The position numbers and the translations under genes were made by a program. Shown here piece after piece: positions 26,365 through 39,049 of a stretch of DNA of 64,000 nucleotides (positions are counted from its first letter, which is position 1; the number at the start of each line of letters is the position of its first letter). This DNA is from Malacoraja senta (lineage: Eukaryota): positions 7,876,001 to 7,940,000 of the forward strand of contig CM075989.1 in the NCBI GenBank assembly GCA_038087875.1, written 5' to 3'. The notes beneath the pieces are model-generated. The model worked only from the letters and a program-made list of their open reading frames with translations, did not search any database and was not told the origin of the DNA.

Positions 26365-27115
26365 GAGTACAAGGATGTTGCCAGGACTTGAGGCCCTTAA
26401 GGGCCTGTCCCACATACGTGACCTTTTCGGCGACTGCCGGCACCTGTCATAGGTCGCCGAAATTTTTCAACATGTTGAAACTTCAGCGGCGATCAGAAAG
26501 ATGCTACGACTCTTTGGAGACCTCTCACGACCATAGGAGACCACTCACGACCGTACAGCCTGTATGGTTGTGAGTGGTCTCCTATGGTCGTGAGAGGTCA
26601 CCAAAGAGTTGTAGCGTCTTTCTGGTCGCCGCTGAATTTTCAACATGTGCCGGCAGTCGCCGAAAAGGTCGCGTAAGTGGGACAGGCCCTTAAGCTACAG
26701 GGAGAGGTTTGGCATGCTAGGACTTTATCCCTTGCAGCACAGGAGGATGAGGGGTGATCCTATAGAGTTGTGTGATCATGAGGGGAATAGGTAGATTAAA
26801 TGCACACAGTCTTTTAACCAGAATATGGGAATCAAAAACCAGGGGATATAGGTTTAAGGTGAGGGAGGAAAGATTTAACAGGAACAGGGGCAGATTTTTC
26901 ACACAGAGGGTGGTGGAAATATGGAATAAGCTGCCAGAGAAGGTAGTTGAGGCAGGTATGATAGCAACATTTATAGTAAAAGACATTTGGACAGGTACAA
27001 GTATAGGAAAGGTTTAGAGGGCTATGGGCCTAACATGGGCAGATGAGACTTGTGTTGATGAGGCATCTTGGTTGGCGTGGGCAAGTTGGAGCGAATGGCC
27101 TGTTTCCATGTTGTA
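26365..27115 (+). mobile_element. CR1-type LINE 3' end containing a MITE
   Basis: KTRGYRFKVREERFNRNRGRFFTQRVVEIWNKLP. Confidence 0.78.
26400..26690. mobile_element. Fully palindromic MITE, PIF/Harbinger-like, inside a CR1 fragment
   Basis: Same TIR; internal arms complementary; flanks TTA and TAA. Confidence 0.8.
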
Positions 27116-27545
27116 TCATTTTGGAACTACAACTATCTTTAACTACCCCTGTTTAATCTGAAAGTTGCTTGAACTCTGCTAGAATATATTGGTGTTGCAA
27201 TACTGAGTGCTTTGTCGCAAGTGTTGTTTCTAGGAGCGGGAGTAGGTCATTCAGCTACCTCAGACCGTTCCGACAATCGATGAGATCCAGACTGATTCAG
27301 ATGTATTAAGGATTAAGCAGAGGTCGTGTCTGCCGATGTGGATGGGTGTTTGATCTGGCAGCAGGAAGTCAGTCTATCAAGAAGATGAGATCATTTCAGA
27401 CAGACTCACCCGAGTGAAACTCTAAATAAATGAAATAGAAGGGAAGTCTAGGAGTGTGTGTACACGGGGTCTGTACTGTGAGCACACCATCTATTAGTGC
27501 TCTGCGCCCTCACTCTCCACTCCCTCGTCCTCACCTTTGTTCCAG

Positions 27546-27727
27546 GACCAGAAGTCGACGGTGGTGCCGCTGCAGAAGCTGATTGTGCGGGAGGTGGCGC
27601 ACGAGGAGAAAGGCTTGTTCCTCATCAGTGCCGCGGCCCAGGAGCCAGAGATGTACGAGGTGCGGGCAAGCTCCAAAGAGGAGAGGACCAACTGGATGCA
27701 GATGATTCAGCAGACAGCCGACACCAT
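27546..27727 (+). CDS. AKAP13: AKAP13 exon, PH domain
   Basis: ttccag|GAC...ACC AT|gtaagt; [28 protein letters not shown]...[19 protein letters not shown]. Confidence 0.97.
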
Positions 27728-28471
27728 GTAAGTGTCTCGTGGAGGGTGTGCAGGAGAGACCCAGCGGAGATCAGCACCAAACACCTACTGACCTGTCTCA
27801 CCCCTTCGCTCTCCCCGCCCCACCACCCCCCTCCACTCTCAGTCCTGGTCCAAGGTCTCGACCTGATACATCTCTTACCCCCCCACAGATGCTGACTTCC
27901 TCCCATGTTTGCTTTTTGCTCCAGATTCCAGCACCAGTAATCTCGCCATCTTAACTCTTCCTCTCAAAGTCTGAGCAGCTTTTCAAAGGGAATCGATTGT
28001 GCACGTGTCATCTCCTGGTTCAAGAGTCAAGAGAGTTTTATTGTCCTGTGTCCCAGATAGGACAATGAAATTCTTACTTGCTACAGCACGACGGAATATG
28101 TAAACATAATTTAATTTTGAATGGCGGAGTAGATTGGGATCTTGGAATTATACTCACAGAGTTGACATCTCTCCCTCAGACGTTCTCAGCAATAGTTGTC
28201 CAAGTCAGCCAATGTTCTCTCACTGGTCAATGCTCTGAAGAAGAGCGTTCAATTGGAACCAGCATTTTGATTGATTGAAAGATACAGCATGGAATTAGGC
28301 CCTTCAGCCCATCTAGTCCATGCCTACTACCGATCACCCTTTCATTCTAGTTCTATGTTAGCCCATTTTCTCATCGACTCCCCACACACTAGGGGCAATT
28401 TACAGAGGCCAATTGACAGTCAAACCTGCACATCCTTGGGATGTGTGAGGAAACTGGAGCACCCGGAGGAA

Positions 28472-29332
28472 ACAATACAATACAATACAATTTATTTGTC
28501 ATTTGGACCCGTTAAGGTCCAAACGAAATGTCGTTTCTGCAGCCATACATTACAAAACGAAGAAGACCCGAGACACAACACAATTTACACATACATCCAT
28601 CACAGCGCTGTGATGGAAGGCAAAAAAACGTATCTCTCCACTGCACTCCCCCCCCCCCCCCCCCCCGATGTCAGAGTCAAAGTCAAAGCCCCCAGCGGGC
28701 GATGGTGATTATCCCGCGGCCATTAAAGCCACGCCGGGTGATGCAAGGTCGCGCACCGGGTCTTGGTGTTAGAGCCCCGGCGCGCGCTCGCAAAGGACCG
28801 CGGCCATTCCAAGCCGCGCGGGGCGACGATGCAAAGCCCCGCTCCAGGTGCTCTTCAACCCCACAACTCGGGCGGGAGAAGTCGCCGCTGCGGAAGCCCC
28901 GAAAAGCGGTCTCCCACCAGGGACCCGCGGGCTTCCGGTGTTGCCGTCCGCCAGACCCGCGGTTGTAGCCTCCGAATCTCCGGGGGTCGGGCCGCAGCAG
29001 CGCTCTATCACAGCTCCACCCGCTCCGGACTCGGCCAGCCCCGCGACGGTGAGTAGTCCGCAGCTCCGCAACTGGAGCCCCAGGTCGTTCCTGCTGGAGG
29101 CCGCTCCACGTTGCCCAGCCCCAACGACAACGGAGACCCGACAAAGAAAAGGTTGGGTCTCCCGTGCAGGGGAAAGATTTTAAAGTTCCCCCCCCCCACC
29201 CCCACCCCCACCCCCCCACACACATACCCCGACAAAAAAAATAAATAAAAACTACATAAAAACGAGACAAAAATAATAAAAAGACAGACGGACTGCAGAG
29301 GCCACTGCTGACGAGAGTCGCGCCGCCCACCG
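28472..29332 (-). mobile_element. Unclassified GC-rich retroposon-like insert splitting an HE1-like SINE
   Basis: (caata)n tail and tttatttgtcat at the left end; SINE halves at ~28271-28470 and ~29335-29440. Confidence 0.5.
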
Positions 29333-29556
29333 AGGTCTCAGAGAGAACATGCAAACTCCATACAGATAGGAGTCAAGGTGATGATCGAACCCGGGTCTGG
29401 GAGACAGGTCTACCATCTGTGCCACCATGCTGCCCTAAGCCAGCGTTTACTTGTATGCCAGCCTCTCCAGTTATGAGTTATATATGTTATGTATTTGTAT
29501 AGTTCCTGGACTATAGTTTCCTTCAGCTTTGTCTGGTAGGACTGGGATTGTTACCA

Positions 29557-29857
29557 CTAGTTTAGTTCAAAGATACAGAGCGGAAACAGAGACTTCGGCC
29601 CACTGAGTTCACGCTGACCAATAATTTCCCCGTACACTAGCGCTATCCTACACACTAGGGACAATTTAACGATTTTTTTTTTTACCGAAGCCAATTCGCC
29701 TACAAATCTGTACATCTTTGAAATCTGGGGGGAAACCAGGGTTCCCCGAGGAAATCCCACGCAGGTCACAGGGAGAACGTACAAACTCCATACAGCCAGC
29801 ACCTGGAGTCAGGATTAAACCCGGGACTCTGGCACTGCTGCGCCACCGTGTTGCCCG
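29557..29857 (-). mobile_element. HE1-like SINE
   Basis: Same family, reverse orientation. Confidence 0.75.
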
Positions 29858-30574
29858 TTCTCCATCTCGTGTGGGCAATGAAACATGCTCACAGTTTCTC
29901 AGCGAATGCACAGTGGGTGAGGCATCTTCCCAGGACCAAACCTCCTGTATCAGAGGGATGACTGCCAAGACACCACACGTCACCGAATAGGACGCTGCCA
30001 GGCACCTTTGTTCCTCCAGTCATTGCCAGAGATTGAACTTAAATCAGGAAGGAATTGCAAATGCTGCCCAACCTTTCAAGACTTCCTGTCAGAGGCGAGA
30101 GGGCATTGCCAAGGGCGTTTATTTTTACACTGAGATTGTGCCACAGTGCTTCCTTGCTCAATTTGATCCATGTATTCACCTTAGAGCGTCGTAGAGTCAT
30201 ATAATGTGGAAACAGGCCCTTCGAACCAACTTGCCCACACCGTCCAATATGTCCCATCTACACTAGTCCCATCTCCCTGCATTTTGCCCATATCCTTCTA
30301 AACCTATCCTATTCATGTACCTGTCTAAATGTTGCGATAGTCCCTACCTCAACTACCTCCTCCAGCCACTCGTTCCATACACCCGTCACCCTTTGTGTGA
30401 AAAAGTTCTCCATAATAAAAATCACATAGAGGCTTTGAATCTTCTGGGCACTCCTCACTCTCGTTTCTTCTGCAACCTCCTCTTGAAAGGACTTTGTTTC
30501 CCCCCTCTCCATCTCTCCTCAAGTGTTGCGGTCGTCTCTAACGCCTGAAACCTCTATTCTGTCACCTGCTTTAG

Positions 30575-30657
30575 GGTTCAGGATGAAGATGAGGGAATTC
30601 CGAGTGAGTCGGAGGAAGACAGGCGACAACTGGAGAGCAGAGCCAAAGAGCTGAAAG
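30575..30657 (+). CDS. AKAP13: AKAP13 exon, post-PH
   Basis: ctttag|G GTT...AAA G|gtacgg; VQDEDEGIPSESEEDRRQLESRAKELK. Confidence 0.95.
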
Positions 30658-30754
30658 GTACGGCTGTTAGTTTATTGCGTCATGAGAGAGAGAATTGGAA
30701 AATAGAAGGTTTAGACTCGAAGGACTGGGGTTGTGGCTTGTATTCGTGTGTTGA

Positions 30755-31063
30755 GTTTAGTTTAGAGATACAGCGTGGAAACATGCCCTTCGGCCCACCG
30801 AGTCCACGCCGGCCAGCGATCCCCGCACACTAACACTATCCTACAGACTGGGGACAATTTACAATCTTTACCGAAGCCAATCAACTTACAAACCTGTACG
30901 TCTTTGGAATGTGGGAGGAAACCAGAGCGCCCGGAGAAAACCCACGCAAGTCACGGGGAGAACGTGCAAACACCATACAGACAGCACCCGCAGTCAAGAT
31001 CGAACCCAGGTTTATGGTGCTGTTACTGTTAGGCAGCGACTCTACCGCTGCGCCGCAGTGCCA
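30755..31063 (-). mobile_element. HE1-like SINE
   Basis: Same family, reverse orientation, near full length. Confidence 0.8.
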
Positions 31064-31928
31064 TGTTTGAAAAGCAATTTTTTTTTTTAACTGTTAGTTG
31101 GACATCTCGTGAAAAAAGGAATTGGCAGTTGTGAAGAAAGTAGGTTTTAGTTATGGGCAGATTACATTTTGAGTTGGTATCCTTCTTCAAACTGATGTTC
31201 AGTCTACCCAAAACATTGTCTATTCATTTCCCTCCACAGTTGCTGCCTGGCCCCCTGAGTTGGTCCAGTCATTGTTTTTTTCCTTGATGTTCCAGCATCT
31301 GTAGTCCCTTGTGTCAGCACTTGTAGAGAGTCTGCTGTTGGTTAATTGTAACCAATGCTTGCTGAGAAGAAGGTAGACAAAAGTGCTGGAGGAACTCAGC
31401 AGGTGCGGCAGCATCTATGGAGCGAAGGAAATAGGCAACCTTTCGGGCTGAAACCCTTGTTCAGACCTTGCTGAGAAGACATGCCTTTTCTTTTGTTCAT
31501 GTGATCATTTAAAAGAATCAAGAATTATCTGATCAAAACTCCTTATATGTTGCTCCCTGATCTTAAATACAATGATTCAGGTTAATGTTGGTTAAACATC
31601 AATGCTTAGGTTTAGGTTTATTGTCATGTGTACAGAGGTACAGTGAATACGTTTATTTTCCATGCCGTTAAATCTGATCAGACACTCTACATAAATACAA
31701 TCGTCAAATTCAAGTACAATAGGTAGAGCTAAGGGGAAGATATAAAGTGCAGAATATAGGTCTCAGCATTGTAGCGCATCAATCCATAGACAAAGGTCAA
31801 TGTCTTCAATGGGGTAGAGGTGAAATTGGACTGTACCCTAGCTTATGGAAGAACCGTTGAGAAGCCTAATAACAGAGGGGAAGAAGCTGTTCCTGAGTCT
31901 GGTGGTGCGCACATTCAACCGTTTGCAC

Positions 31929-33005
31929 TTTTTTTTATTTTTTATTTTTTATTTTATTAGAAGCAATTGTACAAAGAGAAAGTAATCGACATAACAATTA
32001 TACAATTTTCATACTGCTTCAATTTTAACATTTTATAAACTAATAACTAAATCGAGGAAAAAGGAAAAAAGGGAAAGAAAGAAGAAAAGAAAAGAAAGAA
32101 AGAATTTCAAGAAAGACACGAAAAAGAAAAAAGAAAAACCCCAGAGCTAACGAAGAAGTGAAAGAAGCGGAGATATATCCCACTACCCTTCCCTACGCCC
32201 GCCTCACCCGACCCTTCGCGTCGGTTTTGAGTTTGTGTTCAACCATTATGTTGTTGAAGAAATTCAATAAAAGGAGACCATATTTGGAAAATTGATCTGG
32301 TTGTCAGTCAAGACAAGCCTTATTTTTTCTTGATGTAGTGTCTCGGTCATTTCTGTAATCCACATCTTCACTGTAGGGACTGTTATCTTTTTCCAGAATT
32401 TAAGTGTAAGTTTTTTCGCGGTTATTAAACCATAGTCAAGGAAGCGTCTTTGAGATATCGTTAGATTAGGGCAGCCCTCTGACATTCCTGATATTATTAG
32501 TTTTGAATCTGGCTCCAATTGAATTTTAAGTGTTTTAGAAATGATATTGAATATTTCCATCCAGAAGTTTTGTATTTTTATACAGGATACAAAAGAATAA
32601 GTTAGGGTGGCTTCTTGAAAGTGACATTTATCACAGAGGAGAGATGGGAAGATTTTGTTCAATTTGGTCTTTGAGTAGTATAACCTATGCAATTGTATAG
32701 GTATTTAAATTGTATCAGGCAATGCCTGGCATTTAAAGAACAGTAGTGTATGTATTGTAGGCTTTCCTCCCATATATCTTTCGAAATGGGTAAACCCAGC
32801 TCGTTCTCCCATGCTTGCCTATAAATCTCAGAGGTGGGGTGTCAATATTTAGAAGAGTGTTATAAATGTAAGATATCAACTTGTATCGGCATGTCTATTC
32901 AAACAATCGTCTAATATATCTGGACCCATAAGAGGACAGTCTTATGTATATGTTTTCACGTAATCTCGGATTTGGAGGTATCTAAAAAAAACAGATGGTA
33001 TCTAA
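31929..33005 (-). mobile_element. L1/Tx1-clade LINE 3' fragment (zf-RVT-like Cys region, 3' UTR, A-rich tail)
   Basis: HRLYYSKTKLNKIFPSLLCDKC...SFVSCIKIQNFW; T-rich tail at 31929-31958 on plus; degenerate flanking repeat aaccgtttgcac / aaccatctgcac. Confidence 0.8.
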
Positions 33006-33362
33006 AACCATCTGCACCTTTTGCCAGATGGGAGAAGGGAGATAAAATAATGACCGGAATGGGACATTATTTATTATATTTAATGTTTAATCCTGCACAA
33101 TGGACAAATATGTAACCAGTCTGCAGCTGGTCAAAGATTCTCACTCATACTTTGCAGAAGTGGCCTCTTTAGAGGTCACTTTGGTCCGTGAAAAATCACT
33201 GGTGAAAAGAAATTATTCTGTTCCTCCTTTTCACCATCTGGATTAATTAAGTTCAGTCGGGTCAGTGTTCACCCATTGCTTGGTCCATGTGATCCACACA
33301 CCAATCAACACAGATGCATTTGATTGAACTTTGTTCTTCATTTGATTTCCTTCACAACACAG

Positions 33363-33551
33363 AAAAACTGCAGGAAAGAGACCAACAAATCCTCTTGCTG
33401 CTGGAAGAAAAGCTGAGGCTGTACAAGGAAATGGTAGAATCGAGTGGCCATGAAGAGGCATCTCAGAGCTTGATTACAAGGTCTTTGTTCAGAGCTAATT
33501 CAGAGGAAGCCCCGAAAGGCGAGTCGCTGATCAAGGATGCAATGAAGGAAG
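33363..33551 (+). CDS. AKAP13: AKAP13 exon
   Basis: acacag|AA AAA...GAA G|gttagt; EKLQERDQQILLLLEEK...LFRANSEEAPKGESLIKDAMKE. Confidence 0.94.
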
Positions 33552-35214
33552 GTTAGTGCATGGGGTTGCTCCCGGTTTAACATGACCACTCGTACATTTG
33601 TGGAGCAGGTAATGCTTGGTCAGATTGTCAAGGGATAGAAAGAGACCATTCTTCCCATTGAACCCATACTTTCTAAAAATGAACTAATTACCCTGCAACT
33701 GGTAGTCTGCCCCCCCACTTTAATCTGGACAAAATTCTTCTCTTCTCTCCCCCCACTCCCCTCCCCTCCTGAAATCTCCCCCAGAAAATGTGGTGCCCAG
33801 GCTGGGTGAGGCGGCCAATCTCAACCACATCGGGACTTCTGTGCCGATCGGCGGGGCGAATTTGCCGCCTGGAGCCGGAAGATTTGTTCCCCGGCCGTTA
33901 TCTTGGCCCCTCAAGGCCGTAACCTCCATTGGTTCGGCAAAACAGATAAACCAGAAAGGTGCTGAAAAATCGATGATGGACCTATACCCTTGGATGTGGA
34001 GAGGATGTTTCCACCAGTGGAGAGTCTAGGACTAGAGGTCATAGCTTCAGAATTAAAGGACATTCTTTTAAGAAGGAGATGAGGAGGAGGAGGAGATTTA
34101 GTCATAAGGTGGTGAATCTGTGGAATTCTTTGCCACAGAAGGCTGTGGAGGCCAAGTCAGTGGATAGATTTAAGGCAGAGATAGATAGATTATTGATTAG
34201 TACAGGTGTCTGAGGTTATGGAGAGAAGGCAGGCGAGTGGGGTTAGGAGGGAGAGATAAATCAGCCATGATTGAATGGCGGAGTAGACTTGATGGGTCGA
34301 ACTGTGATCTCTTCATCCAGGTTATGACACTTCAATGCATATTTAAGACAAGTTTTTTTGCATCCCACTACTCTTTCTCGCAGGGAGTTTTAATGAAACT
34401 TAAGGAAACATTTTCAAAGGGAATTGTTGAAATTCATGATTATTGGCCCTGGAAAAAGTTTGGAGATGAAAAATTGTGGCAGGGGCAGGTTTGTGGAATG
34501 TAGATGACAATAAAGTGTGGATGGTGGGTTCACTAATTCAGGAAGATGAAGATGAAGATCCAAGCCCATATAGAACATCTTGTCTCCCCCCCCCCCCCCC
34601 CCCCCCCCGCCAATAAACATTGCTGTGCCATTGCTAGCCACTTCATAAACAGAGTTGGCATTCTATGACATAGAAATAGCCGCGTACCAGATATAATTAA
34701 AATAGTCTCAGTAAGTCAACATGCCAGCCATGAAAGTTGGCAGCTCTGTCCCACAAGAAAATTCTTCAATTCCCATGATATTTGCACATCTAACTAATGC
34801 CAAAGTTGTTATGTTTGTTGATTGACTTCAGAGTGGCGACAAACTGACCGACATTTTCTCATTATTACTTTAAATGGTGATGTTGTAGCCTGTGGGCAGA
34901 ACCTCTCGTCAACGGCAGAACGTTCAACTGGAAGTTTCCCCTGCAATGAAATATTTATTTCATTCTTGCCCTTGAGAAACCAATGGTTGATCACCCTTTT
35001 CGTCGATGCTTTCAATCTCCGATGACTGTGCCCTCGACATTCCCGGAGCTGGTGAACTCGCTGAATTTGTTCAATTTGGGAGTGATCAGAGGACCAAGGT
35101 TGGAAAAGGCCTTGGAGATTCTGGATGGAGCAGATGAGAGAGAGGGAGAGGTTTGCAGACCTGAACTGATTAAGCTTGTGTTTGTTAGGTTGTTTAAGGC
35201 AGAGGCTGGATCAG

Positions 35215-35690
35215 CATTTCAGAGGTTTGCCAGAATGATTCCAGGGATGATTGGGTTAATGTACGAGGGCCTGTACTCGCTGGAGTTTAGAAGGATAAGG
35301 GGGGAATCCCATTGAAACCTACCAAATAATGGAAGGCCTAAATAGAGTAGATGTGGAGAGGATGTTTCCACTAGTGGGAGAGTCAAGGACCAGAGGACAC
35401 GGGCTCAGAATAAAAGGACGTACCTTTATAATGGAGATGAGGAGGAATTTCTTTAGCCAGGGGGTGGTGAATCCATGCAATTCGCTTCTACAGATGGCTG
35501 TGGAGGCCAAGTCATTGGGTATTTTAAAGCAGAGATTGATAGGTTCTTGATTAGTAAGGGTGTCAAATGTTACAGGGAGAAGGCATGAGAGAATGTGATT
35601 GAGAGGGAAAGATAGATCAGCCATGATGGAATAGTGGAACAGATTCAATGGGCCGACTGGCCTAATTCAACTCCCATGTCTTATGATCAC
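35215..35690 (+). mobile_element. CR1-type LINE 3' end, second family
   Basis: RVDVERMFPLVGESRTRGHGLRIKGRTF..EMRRNFFSQGVVN. Confidence 0.8.
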
Positions 35691-35699
35691 GAGCATGGA

Positions 35700-36235
35700 A
35701 CATAGAACAGTACAGCACAGGAACAGGCCCTTCGGCCCACCATGTCTGTGTCCAACATGATGCCAAGATAAATTAATTTCCTCTGCCTGCACACGATTCA
35801 TACCCCTCCATTCCTGCAAATCTATGTGTCAGTCTATTAAATGCCAGTCATATCTACCAACCCTAGCACCAAGTCCCAGGCACTCACCACTCTCTGTGTA
35901 AAAAAAAAACGCCCTATACATCTCCCTTAAACATTGTCCCTTTCACCTTTGACCTATGCCCTCCACTTTGACATTTCCACCCTGGGAGAAAGGTTCTGAC
36001 TGACTGCCCTATCAAAAGTTGGTCCCTCACAATTTTATAAATTCCTATCAGGTTTCGCCTCAGCTTCCGGCATTCCGGAGAAAACAATCCCAAGTTTGTC
36101 CAACTTTCTCCTTTTGGCCAATACACCCCTAATCCAGATAGCTTTCTGATAAACCTCTTCTGCACACTCACCAAAGCCCCCATAGCTTTCATGTGTTAGG
36201 GCGACCAGAACTGCACGCAATACTCCAAGTGTGGC
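35700..36235 (-). mobile_element. CR1-type LINE 3' end
   Basis: Minus-strand ALVSVQKRFIRKLSGL...LGLFSPECRKLRRNLIGIYKI. Confidence 0.7.
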
Positions 36236-38118
36236 CGAGACAAAATCTTTTAGGTTTAAACCGAAGATAGACACAAAATACTGGAGTTACTCAGCGGGTC
36301 AGGCTAAGGAATACGTCACTTTTCAAGTCGAAACCCTTCTTTAGACTAAGAGTCAGGGGAGAGGGAACTCGAGATATGAAAAGGTACAAAGAAAAAATGA
36401 TTGAAAGGTATGCAAAAGGTTTTGGGTTTAAGTTTATTGTCATATATATTGAGGTGCAGTATAGCTTTGTTTTACATGCTCAGATATACTGTACATAAAT
36501 ACTATCGTCAAACTCAAATACAATAGATAGATCAAAGAGGAAGATATAGAGTGCAGAATATGGTTATCAGCATTGTAGTGCATCAATTCCATAGACAAAG
36601 TTCAATGTCTTCAATGGTGAAGAGGGGAATCAGACTGTATTCTAGCTTATGGAAGGACCGTTCAGAATATATTTCTCAGCGTTGGTGCACATCATGACTA
36701 TAGAGCTGCATCACGACTTGCTGACGTATATCTTCTCATCCCTACGTGGAATGGGCAGCCTCTTACTTTTGGCCCGTGTCCCCTGATTCAGGCAAAGTGT
36801 CAACCCTGCATCCCAAATAATTTATTGTCTTTCAATGAGACCACTTCTCATTCTTTTAAACTGTGTAGAGTTGCGCCCTAGTCTGCTTAATCTCTGCCTT
36901 CAGCAAATACTGCTCTTAACATTAAATATAGAATTGAACATTGAAGAAAACCCTGCTCACAATAGAGGAAGCAGGGAAACAGAAGCTGATTTTCCTTGTA
37001 TTTTTCAGAGGCACAATGGCCTGCCTAGGTGGATAAGAGATCGACATCTCTCTGCTTCTGTCTCACTGCCTGTTGATATTGTTATCTGACCAGAAAGCAT
37101 GGTCGCTCTGTGTACACAAACTGTGTCCTGGAAATAGCAAAGAGGAGGTTTATTTGTGTTAAAACAAATCAAATGTCAATGCACAATCTGTGTGCACGAT
37201 GTGCTGAGAAGATGCACATCTGCATTATCGATAGCATTCTCTCTGCTCACAATTCTTTGTGTTCATTGAAGTGAAGATGAAGAATACGTTGTGGCTGAGG
37301 GTCAAATGTCCTCGCTCAGCACAGCTAAATTAGACGACAAAAGCACTGACAGGGAACAATTCAGCCCCTTCTTGCTCATTGGAAGGGCCTGCTTTGTCTT
37401 GGTGGTTATTATATAACTGGACTAATAATCCAGTGGCCTTGGAGGCGGGTTCAAATCTCAACACAACAGCAGGTGAAGTGTCTCCAGAATACAGGTGACC
37501 ATGACGTTATTGTGTTTCCTCATACATTTCCTCAGCTGGTTCATAAACGTCCTTTGTGGAAGGAACTCTAGTCACTCGGAGGGTAGTCCATATCTGGAAT
37601 GAACAGCCAGAGGAAGTTGTAGAAGTGGCTACATTTATGACTTGGCCACATTTATGACTTTCAAATCCACTTGGACAGATATGTGGATAGGGTGGTTTGG
37701 GAGTGATATTGGCCAAATGCAGGCAAATGAGACTAGCCCAGAATGCCAACTTGTGGCTGGCATGAACGAGTGGGGCTGAAGGGCCTGTTTCCATGCTTCC
37801 CAGCTCTATGGCACATATCTAATTCCTGCCCCGCTCTTGCTTAAGAGTCAGCAGCTTGGGCTCCGTTTGACCCGAGCACTCGTGCCCAGGCTGACCGGCC
37901 ATTGGGGCTGGGATGGAGTTCCCGGGTGAAGTATTAAACCAAGGCCACCCTCTTGGGGATGCAAGAGGTCTCAGAGTTTCAGTGAGGCTTCAGTGAGTAT
38001 TCCTAAAGCAAATGATCTCAGCGTTACGTTGCTGGTTGTGGGATGGTGGTGAACACAAATTGGCTGGTGCAACCATGGCTGCCCTTCAAATGTCTGGTGC
38101 ACGTTGTTGAGTCTTTAA

Positions 38119-38438
38119 AGGGCCTGTCCCACTTACGCGATTTTTCTCGGCGACTTGCCAGCACCCATCAAAGTCGCAGCTGGTGGGCGAAAATTTTTAA
38201 CATGTTGAAAATCCAGCAGCGACCAGAAGAAAGTATGACTCTTTGGGTGACTACTCACGACCATCCAGTACAGGCTACTCACAACCAGCCTGTATGATCG
38301 TGAGTAGTTGCCCAAACAGTCGTGGCTTTTTCTGGTCGCCGCTGGATTTTCAACATGTGGAAAATTTTCGCCCACCTGCTGCGACTATGACGGGTGCCGG
38401 CAAGTCGCCGAAAAAATCGCATAAGTGGGACAGGCCCT
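38119..38438. mobile_element. Fully palindromic MITE, PIF/Harbinger-like
   Basis: Same TIR; perfect TAA/TAA flanks; internal sequence related to the 26400 copy. Confidence 0.82.
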
Positions 38439-38729
38439 TAAGGATAACTTAAGTGTGTAGAAGATTCTGTAGACAATGTTTCTTTCCCGTCTTTTTGATT
38501 CCCTTCAAAATGAGGTCAATTATCAGGGATGGTTCTGACATTAATGATGGAAGTGGGAACACATCGAGAGGATTGATTATGACACATTATTCAACTGGAA
38601 GGAGGTTCAATAAGCATTGGTGTCTTGGTTTGTAATGTGGAGCAGATAAGTGGGCTGACAGCATTGGATTGCCCTGTACTCTTGGTATTATTTCCATCCG
38701 TGTACTGACTGAACTCTTCCTTTACCCAG

Positions 38730-38891
38730 TGGAGATCCTACAGAACCTGCTGTCGCAGAGCTTCGGAGGTGCCCTTGGACAACAGGCAGCTGGTACCCCA
38801 GAGCAGGAGGGAGCCATGGGCCACATCTCTCTGCCCAGGAGAGCGGAGACATTTGGAGGCTTTGACAGCCATCAGATGAGCGCCGTGAAAG
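38730..38891 (+). CDS. AKAP13: AKAP13 exon with SLPRRAETFGGFDS motif
   Basis: acccag|TG GAG...AAA G|gtgcgt; VEILQNLLSQSFGGALG...SLPRRAETFGGFDSHQMSAVK. Confidence 0.95.
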
Positions 38892-39049
38892 GTGCGTGAG
38901 CAGCGGTCCAGGTTTGGGACGTGATCCTTGCATTGTCCCGCAGATGATTGTCGAACGGAAGTCTTTCCTTCAGCTACCCTTGGGATGCCGACTGCACTGG
39001 TCGCGATCAGGGCAGGAGTTGGCCATGCCTCAGAAGGGATTAGAGCTGA

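Noticed and set aside
18995..27727. Assignment to ARHGEF18, ARHGEF28 or ARHGEF2
   Set aside because: [46 protein letters not shown] and GQDLRRTESDS match AKAP13 as recalled better than those paralogues; a phylogeny would be decisive
28528..29354. Long ORFs up to 223 aa
   Set aside because: Artefact of a GC-rich repeat; open in several frames with no recognisable protein
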